From positions 1-38,932 of the IMG/VR virus record IMGVR_UViG_3300020430_000035: DNA of 38,932 nt; one strand, given 5' to 3'. The translations under genes and the position numbers were made by a program. Positions 34,301 through 38,932 of this stretch are shown here, one piece after another. The DNA is from a virus. Taxonomy: Duplodnaviria > Caudoviricetes. The notes beneath the pieces are model-generated. The model did no database searches and had not been told where the DNA came from. It worked only from the letters and a program-made list of their open reading frames with translations. The stretch's first letter is position 1. Every line of letters starts with the position of its first letter.

Positions 34301-37300
34301 TTACTAGTATTTTCTATTCTTATACCTTCACTACCCCAAGCACCACCACTACCTCCAGAAAAGCTAGTATCTGTATTAGAAAATTCTACGTGTAATTTTT
34401 GGTCAGGCGAGGTTGTTCCGATTCCTACTCCAGTATTATCAATGTGCATTCTATCATCACCCCCAGTTCTAAAAGTCCATTGGTCTCCTTGTGCTCTTAT
34501 ATAAGTGTTATGGTCGCCATTATGATATATATAATCATCAATACCTATACTACCAGCCACCTCTAATTCAAAGTCAGGCGATGCCGTTCCAATTCCTACG
34601 TTGCCTGATGTGTCCATTACAAGTTTTTTTGTGTTACCACCACCTGTAACTATTCCAAAAGCACCTTCACAAAACATGGTTATATCTGACGCTAATCCGA
34701 CAGTCGCCCAAGAATCAAGACCTAAACCACCTCTAAATGTTGTATTGTCAAAAAACCTAATAGCGTTAGTAGTTGACTTTGTTATATCAATAAATCCGTT
34801 AACTTGTAATGCTTGACCAGTTATGTTAGACGACTGGTTTATCATTACCCTTCCATCACTATCAATACGCATTTTTTCACTGCCTGAAATTAAAAATTGT
34901 TGTGATAAAGCATCTGTTCTTGAATTCATATAAGCTGATGCAGTTCTATCATAATGAGTAATACCGTTTGTGTCTGTAACTACTTCAGGTTGAAACTCTA
35001 TTCCTGATGCACCCCCATTAGAAACAACAAATTTAGTTAAAGGCGTAATTGTTCCAATTCCTATATTTCCATCGTGTTCTATAGCCATAATATTTCTAGT
35101 AAAGCCATAAGAATCGTTTAACCCTTGAAATATAAGTGCTGGATATGAACCTGACATCATCATAGAAAATGCCCTTTTTCCACTTGTTACTCTGTCATTT
35201 TTAATGTTAAAACGTAGATTATCAGAATTTCCATTTAGAGTTATACCATCATTATTAGTGTCAGTATTTACTTCTAATATAGTATCAGGCGAAGTCGTTC
35301 CAATTCCTAAATTTGTATTTGTAAAATAAGCATCTACAGTACCATCACCACCTTTTATTCTGAAATGCTCATTTTCACCACCACCTGCTGCTGTACCAGT
35401 TTTAATAACAACAGCACCGTTAGGTGTTCTGTTTGTAAGAAAAGGATATGAAGCGTTGTTTGTATAATCAAACATTAGGAAGAATCTATCTGTAGCACTA
35501 CCACTTTCAACGGGTCTATATACTTGCCCTAAAACAGCACCACCAAAGTGCAAATCTCCATCAAACTTACCAGTACCACCTACGTGAAGTTTTTCATCGG
35601 CAGTTGTGCGACCTATCGCTACATTACCACCAGTCAAGATACGCATACGTTCTGTGCTATTAGTAGCTAATGTAATAAAAGAAGAACCCCCTGCTGTTTC
35701 AATATTTAATTGATTAGAAATTCCAGTAGAAAATGCTGTCCTTATTTGCATACCATTTGCAATAGAAGAAATATCTAAAAATTGTTGAGATGTACCTGAA
35801 ATATCTTTAAATCTTGCTATATTTCCATTAGTAGTAGTATCTTCTATGTGTAATTTAGCATTAGGCGATGACGTACCCAGCCCAAGTCGTCCTGACGAAT
35901 CCAGTCTCATACGTTCACTTCCAGCAGTCTGAAATTGCAATGAGTTATCTGAATGATAGTATCTTATTTGACCTACGTATGATGATGCCCCTGTACCATC
36001 TCCAAATAATAAATAACCATAACCAGATGAACCAGATAAAATAGATATTTGAGAACTATATGCAGGTGTTGATGTGCTTCCTACTGCTAATATTGGATTG
36101 TCAGATACATCATAATTACTTGGGTTTGACTCTCCAATTCCGACGTTTTTTGAAGTATCTATTGTTATTGCTGCTGCACCATTTTGTGTTATTGTGAACG
36201 AATGATTGCTTGATGAACCCACAAAAGTATCAAAATCATCGTGGTCAGCACCACCAAATAAAACTTTATCAGTAGATAAATCTTTTTGAAACTTAAATCT
36301 AGAAGCTAGGTTGGTTGTACCTCTTACATCTAACGCCATTGTAGGAGCATGACCACCAATAGCAACGTAACCAGTAGTATCAACTGTAAATTGAGTGTTG
36401 GCAGCGCTAAAACTAGAACCGTAAGCAAGAGACCAATTAGCTTGTTGATTTAAACCAGACCACCAATAGTTACTACCTGTAGATTGATTGTTATATTTAA
36501 TTGCTACTTCTTCTGGAGTGCTACCGTCTGTTGATTCTAAAGTTAGATATACATCTCCAGTTTGCTGTACTGTTACATCCCCTGCAAATTTTGCATAACC
36601 ATCTTGATGTAAATTAAGTATTTTAGTAAATGTGCTTAAAGCATGAGAACCTCCAGTTGTGCCATGTTTTTTTACATAAAATTCTAAACCACCTACACCA
36701 CCACTTGGCATCTTAATTATTGACATACCTGCACTTGAAGCACCAGCATAATGAGGTGTGTATGTTGCAGTTTGACCACCATCATAATCAGCATTAAAAG
36801 TTAATTGTGCTGTGTTACTTGCTCCTGTTCCAATTTCTAAATATGCTCCATTAGAAATAATTGAAGTAGAGCTAGTATTTATTATATCACCAGTTACAGT
36901 TAAATTACCTGTTATACTTGCGTTACCAGTTAGACTACCATCCCACTCTCCTGTAACACCTGTTAAGTTACTACCATCACCATAAAAATGAGTTGCAGTC
37001 ATTGTTCCAGTAACCGTTGTATTACCACTATTACCAGCAATAGTTAATCTTGCAGTTTCATTTGTACCTAATACTAAATCTCTAATACTACTATTATGAT
37101 AGATATACATAGCAGTTGCGTTTAAAGCGATTGCCCCTGTATAACCATTACCTTCAACTTGTAATTGACCAGCACCACCACTACTCATGCTTATATTGGT
37201 ACTATCGCCTAACTCTACATTACCTGCAAAAGTTGCGTTTCCATTGTTTAATAAATGAAGCGCTCTAGTTCCTGAGTTTGTAGCAAATCCAGTAGCAGTA

Positions 37301-38932
37301 GTTGCTCTATCAACAAAGAATAATAAACCACCACTTGTGTTACTTGCTGAAATAACAGCGTTGTTATCACCAACAGCTAATCTTAAAGCTTGTTGTGTAC
37401 TGTGTGTATTAGGGTCATTTCCTTCAATGATAGCTAAACACGGAACATCATCTTGTGCTACAACTACTGTATCAAAATTAGTCTTGGCAGCAATATCAGT
37501 TCCAGCTCCAAAATATGCAACATGACCATTGCCTGAGCTATATGCTTTTTTAACATCTAAAACATAATTATTACTAGCGGCAAGAGATGTAGAGCCTGCA
37601 GTAATATTTCCTGCAAAAGTTGCATTTTGTGAATCGTCTAATTCAAGAGCCTCTATACCAACTGTAAAAAATTTCATCGTTGAGCCAAGTGATTCAGCTC
37701 TTAGTTCTACATTATCTCTATCTGAAGCATTTAATAATAGCTTGGCTCTTACTGTGCCAGCGTCTGTTAAATGAATATTATCCTCTGCTGCAACAGTTCC
37801 TGTAAAAGTTGCGTTAACTGCTCTAAATACACCACTTGAACCAGCACCAGTAACTACGACATCACCATCTTGTTGTAATTCAAAAGTGTGTGCTGCTACA
37901 CCAGTTAAACTTGGAGTTGCTGCTTGTGGATAAAATTGTAAATTTGGCGAAGCACCATTTCTACAAGAAATATCCCACCTGATTGCACCATTAACATCAA
38001 AAAATAATTCAGCTGGGTTGTCAGTAATACTTCTTAATCTCATTGTTGCCCTACCAGTTAATGCTTCATTTATAAAACCACTTGTACTATCAGAACCATA
38101 ACTACCACTAGAATAACGAAGATGTAATGCAGAAACTGGCTGCCTACCTATACCAACATACCCTGCAAAAGTTGCGTTGCCACCTTCTGACATATCTAAA
38201 GTTAATGCCGTGACTGTAGACCCACCTTGATTTCCTTTAAATACAATATCTTTATCTTGATTAATGGAGTTGATGACTAAACCATTATAGCCTTTAATAT
38301 CTCCGTATAAATAAAGGTCTCTCCATCTATTAGTTTCTTTACCTAAATCATTTACAGCATCAGCATCAGAACCATTTGAATATGTACTTACAAACGCAAC
38401 GCTATCTTGTTTAAATCCTCTACCACCATCAGTTGTAAAAAATGGTGCTTTTACGTGCCCTGCAAAAGTTGTGCCTGTGCTAGTAAATGTTGCAATATGC
38501 GCATCACCACTACTCAACATTTTTAATTGTCCACTTCCTTCGTGCTGTAATCTAGCAACACCACTTATGTTTCCAAGAGCAACATTTCCATCAGCTTTAA
38601 CAACACCTTCAAAAGTCGCGTTTCCAGACGTGTCTAAAGTTAATTGGTCAGAACCTTCAGAATCAATTGTTCCATTTTTAAATTTTAAAGAAACAGCATC
38701 TGTAAGTATAACAGCGTTGTTAGCTCCTGTTTTATCAAAGAATAATGTTGGCTGTTGTCCTCTAATTGTTATTTGACCATTGTTAGTTGTATCACCAACT
38801 ACTAAACCAGGTTTATCTGTCGTTATAGCATCATCACCAATAATAACTCTTCCTCCAAAAGTTGCATTACCAGAACTATCAATACCTAAATGAGTAGTAG
38901 ATGATGGAACATTAATAAAACTAAAAGCACCT
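31339..38932 (-). CDS. long modular tail fibre with a C-terminal peptidase S74 intramolecular chaperone (5'-truncated by the window)
   Basis: The frame stays open from 38520 to the window end (checked by hand); many ERMRIDSSGNVGIGTTSP and GNATFAG repeats; SDKALKDNV...GVIAQEVE...VDY.KL..L.EAVKEL. Confidence 0.92.
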   Translation of the reverse strand, partial: GAFSFINVPSSTTHLGIDSSGNATFGGRVIIGDDAITTDKPGLVVGDTTNNGQITIRGQQPTLFFDKTGANNAVILTDAVSLKFKNGTIDSEGSDQLTLDTSGNATFEGVVKADGNVALGNISGVARLQHEGSGQLKMLSSGDAHIATFTSTGTTFAGHVKAPFFTTDGGRGFKQDSVAFVSTYSNGSDADAVNDLGKETNRWRDLYLYGDIKGYNGLVINSINQDKDIVFKGNQGGSTVTALTLDMSEGGNATFAGYVGIGRQPVSALHLRYSSGSYGSDSTSGFINEALTGRATMRLRSITDNPAELFFDVNGAIRWDISCRNGASPNLQFYPQAATPSLTGVAAHTFELQQDGDVVVTGAGSSGVFRAVNATFTGTVAAEDNIHLTDAGTVRAKLLLNASDRDNVELRAESLGSTMKFFTVGIEALELDDSQNATFAGNITAGSTSLAASNNYVLDVKKAYSSGNGHVAYFGAGTDIAAKTNFDTVVVAQDDVPCLAIIEGNDPNTHSTQQALRLAVGDNNAVISASNTSGGLLFFVDRATTATGFATNSGTRALHLLNNGNATFAGNVELGDSTNISMSSGGAGQLQVEGNGYTGAIALNATAMYIYHNSSIRDLVLGTNETARLTIAGNSGNTTVTGTMTATHFYGDGSNLTGVTGEWDGSLTGNASITGNLTVTGDIINTSSTSIISNGAYLEIGTGASNTAQLTFNADYDGGQTATYTPHYAGASSAGMSIIKMPSGGVGGLEFYVKKHGTTGGSHALSTFTKILNLHQDGYAKFAGDVTVQQTGDVYLTLESTDGSTPEEVAIKYNNQSTGSNYWWSGLNQQANWSLAYGSSFSAANTQFTVDTTGYVAIGGHAPTMALDVRGTTNLASRFKFQKDLSTDKVLFGGADHDDFDTFVGSSSNHSFTITQNGAAAITIDTSKNVGIGESNPSNYDVSDNPILAVGSTSTPAYSSQISILSGSSGYGYLLFGDGTGASSYVGQIRYYHSDNSLQFQTAGSERMRLDSSGRLGLGTSSPNAKLHIEDTTTNGNIARFKDISGTSQQFLDISSIANGMQIRTAFSTGISNQLNIETAGGSSFITLATNSTERMRILTGGNVAIGRTTADEKLHVGGTGKFDGDLHFGGAVLGQVYRPVESGSATDRFFLMFDYTNNASYPFLTNRTPNGAVVIKTGTAAGGGENEHFRIKGGDGTVDAYFTNTNLGIGTTSPDTILEVNTDTNNDGITLNGNSDNLRFNIKNDRVTSGKRAFSMMMSGSYPALIFQGLNDSYGFTRNIMAIEHDGNIGIGTITPLTKFVVSNGGASGIEFQPEVVTDTNGITHYDRTASAYMNSRTDALSQQFLISGSEKMRIDSDGRVMINQSSNITGQALQVNGFIDITKSTTNAIRFFDNTTFRGGLGLDSWATVGLASDITMFCEGAFGIVTGGGNTKKLVMDTSGNVGIGTASPDFELEVAGSIGIDDYIYHNGDHNTYIRAQGDQWTFRTGGDDRMHIDNTGVGIGTTSPDQKLHVEFSNTDTSFSGGSGGAWGSEGIRIENTSNTAGTMAMLHLRNKDADIHIAGIRRAADDSDLGFFFEGTQKVLFENDGSATFAGDVTIQNSSPQITLLDTTNNTDALIYSDDTGGINISADENNEQGSSTIKFYIDGGQKATLDNNGNFALGTNSPTNNSNYNTLDIRDTAGGQILLGRTDFDFFLYSSSTSSHLGTATGQDLIFHTNSSGSNNERMRIESDGTVQITNSTSPKLQLKRGTKEYTSRVDNANKFVIQEEGGNEFFVVESGASSNSIRIDSSGNVGIGTTNPSYKLDIEQSAENKIRVLATGNTSSGLILQSKAGATVVGTSEIENTNVGNLLFKTGTTSSSERMRLDSTGNVLVGKTSGTSGNKIETDGRISAGAGSAGQPTFNCEGDTNTGINLPESDRIQFITGGTERMRILSDGKVGIGTASPDAKLMVNTADQLIARFKSSNTGRTGIRIQGVDTSASDAVFVDWVYDAENRKYGFGEGTASGELPINSGLSHCDIVFDNAKVGIGTTSPNAKLEISGTSEARYLQVDAIAGFAGISSSMGAMVEFFNSGDGNNVKIKTNNSSRTDAAPFSVWTDSNSRFLIRNDGNVAIGHASPTQKLDVRGGTGGGTLTHAIFTGTSSRGLEIRTRSDVSGGQHSGCAEINSADSENDGGELAFSSNGNIRMFIKGDGKVGISTTSPAQKLHVHNSTASSVSYAKFSNAQTGATSGDGFDVGVNTTNEAVLWQRENSNILFAANNTERMRLDSSGRLLVNATSTSFNDKLYVNSDAYTTGGWRVGTSATFVGKLINDGGKLSLMSDGTRDVQLGSNNNASILYIDTSEENVGIGTTSPARPLSVNSTQISARFTSSSADSQIEIIDSSGTVVFGSSSGNAIVQAGGSERMRLESDGDLHVDGDVIAYSTTVSDKALKDNVLTLENSLDKVSKLRGVEYTWNATSRKGQKDIGVIAQEVEEVIPEIVREKKMALIEGGTYKTVDYEKLTAVLIEAVKELKGEVKELKKKLNK
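31703..35916 (-). repeat. dispersed 11-bp repeat GAACGTATGCG (ERMR)
   Basis: + strand CGCATACGTTC at 31703, 32126, 33128, 33329, 33740, 35642; variants at 35906 and 34868. Confidence 0.85.
31861..36144 (-). repeat. dispersed 24-bp repeat, + strand consensus AGGCGAnGnnGTTCCAATTCCTAC (VGIGTxSP)
   Basis: AGGCGA copies at 31861, 32314, 32821, 33085, 34405, 34576, 35287, 35863; variants at 32566, 33520, 35041, 35599, 36121. Confidence 0.85.

Noticed and set aside
38518-38520. ORF-track start of the tail fibre at 38520
   Set aside because: The frame has no stop up to the window end and continues with the same repeats, so the true start is outside the window
12316-38776. Numerous 60-134 aa + strand ORFs inside late genes
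   Set aside because: Fully nested antisense to well-supported genes, with no motifs
31339-38932. Tail-fibre repeats as a CRISPR array, DGR or inversion shufflon
   Set aside because: Repeats are degenerate, in-frame and irregularly spaced. No cas or reverse transcriptase gene, no adenine-specific TR/VR pair and no inverted cassettes were seen in the window.
1-38932. Stop-codon reassignment
   Set aside because: Genes tile densely under the standard code, and TAA, TGA and TAG all act as stops at gene ends

Overview
An AT-rich segment of a tailed dsDNA phage genome. It is probably a short-tailed, crAss-like or Flavobacteriia-type phage of Bacteroidota, inferred from the protein motifs, the A-rich SD-less leaders and the TAnnTTTG promoter-like words. 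It has two convergent arms. The + arm (1-10283) carries small early ORFs, a tyrosine recombinase, a putative SSAP, an HNH nuclease, a YqaJ exonuclease, an Xis-like HTH, SSB-like proteins, a palindromic candidate origin, a T7 gp4/Twinkle-type primase-helicase, RusA-like and PD-(D/E)XK nucleases. The - arm (10363-38932) carries a >2,500-aa modular tail fibre with an S74 chaperone (open to the window edge), a GAMT/RMT2-like methyltransferase, a BACON-type tip protein, an HMA/thioredoxin-like membrane module, three ring/adaptor proteins, a split tail-stabilisation (muzzle) gene with cadherin repeats, three internal/ejection proteins, an M15A endolysin, holins and several unannotated microproteins. 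No capsid, portal, terminase, DNA polymerase, tRNA or CRISPR is seen in the window. The most notable signals are four. (i) A promoter-terminator-bounded ~70-nt element is antisense (15/16) to a duplicated early-gene start-codon leader, a candidate trans-acting anti-initiation sRNA system. (ii) Rare-codon DNA motifs are conserved at tail-fibre module junctions and may be cassette-shuffling sites. (iii) There is a candidate -1 slippage site in the largest internal protein. (iv) The muzzle gene is split at a cadherin insertion. All protein calls come from motif recognition by eye; no database search was run.
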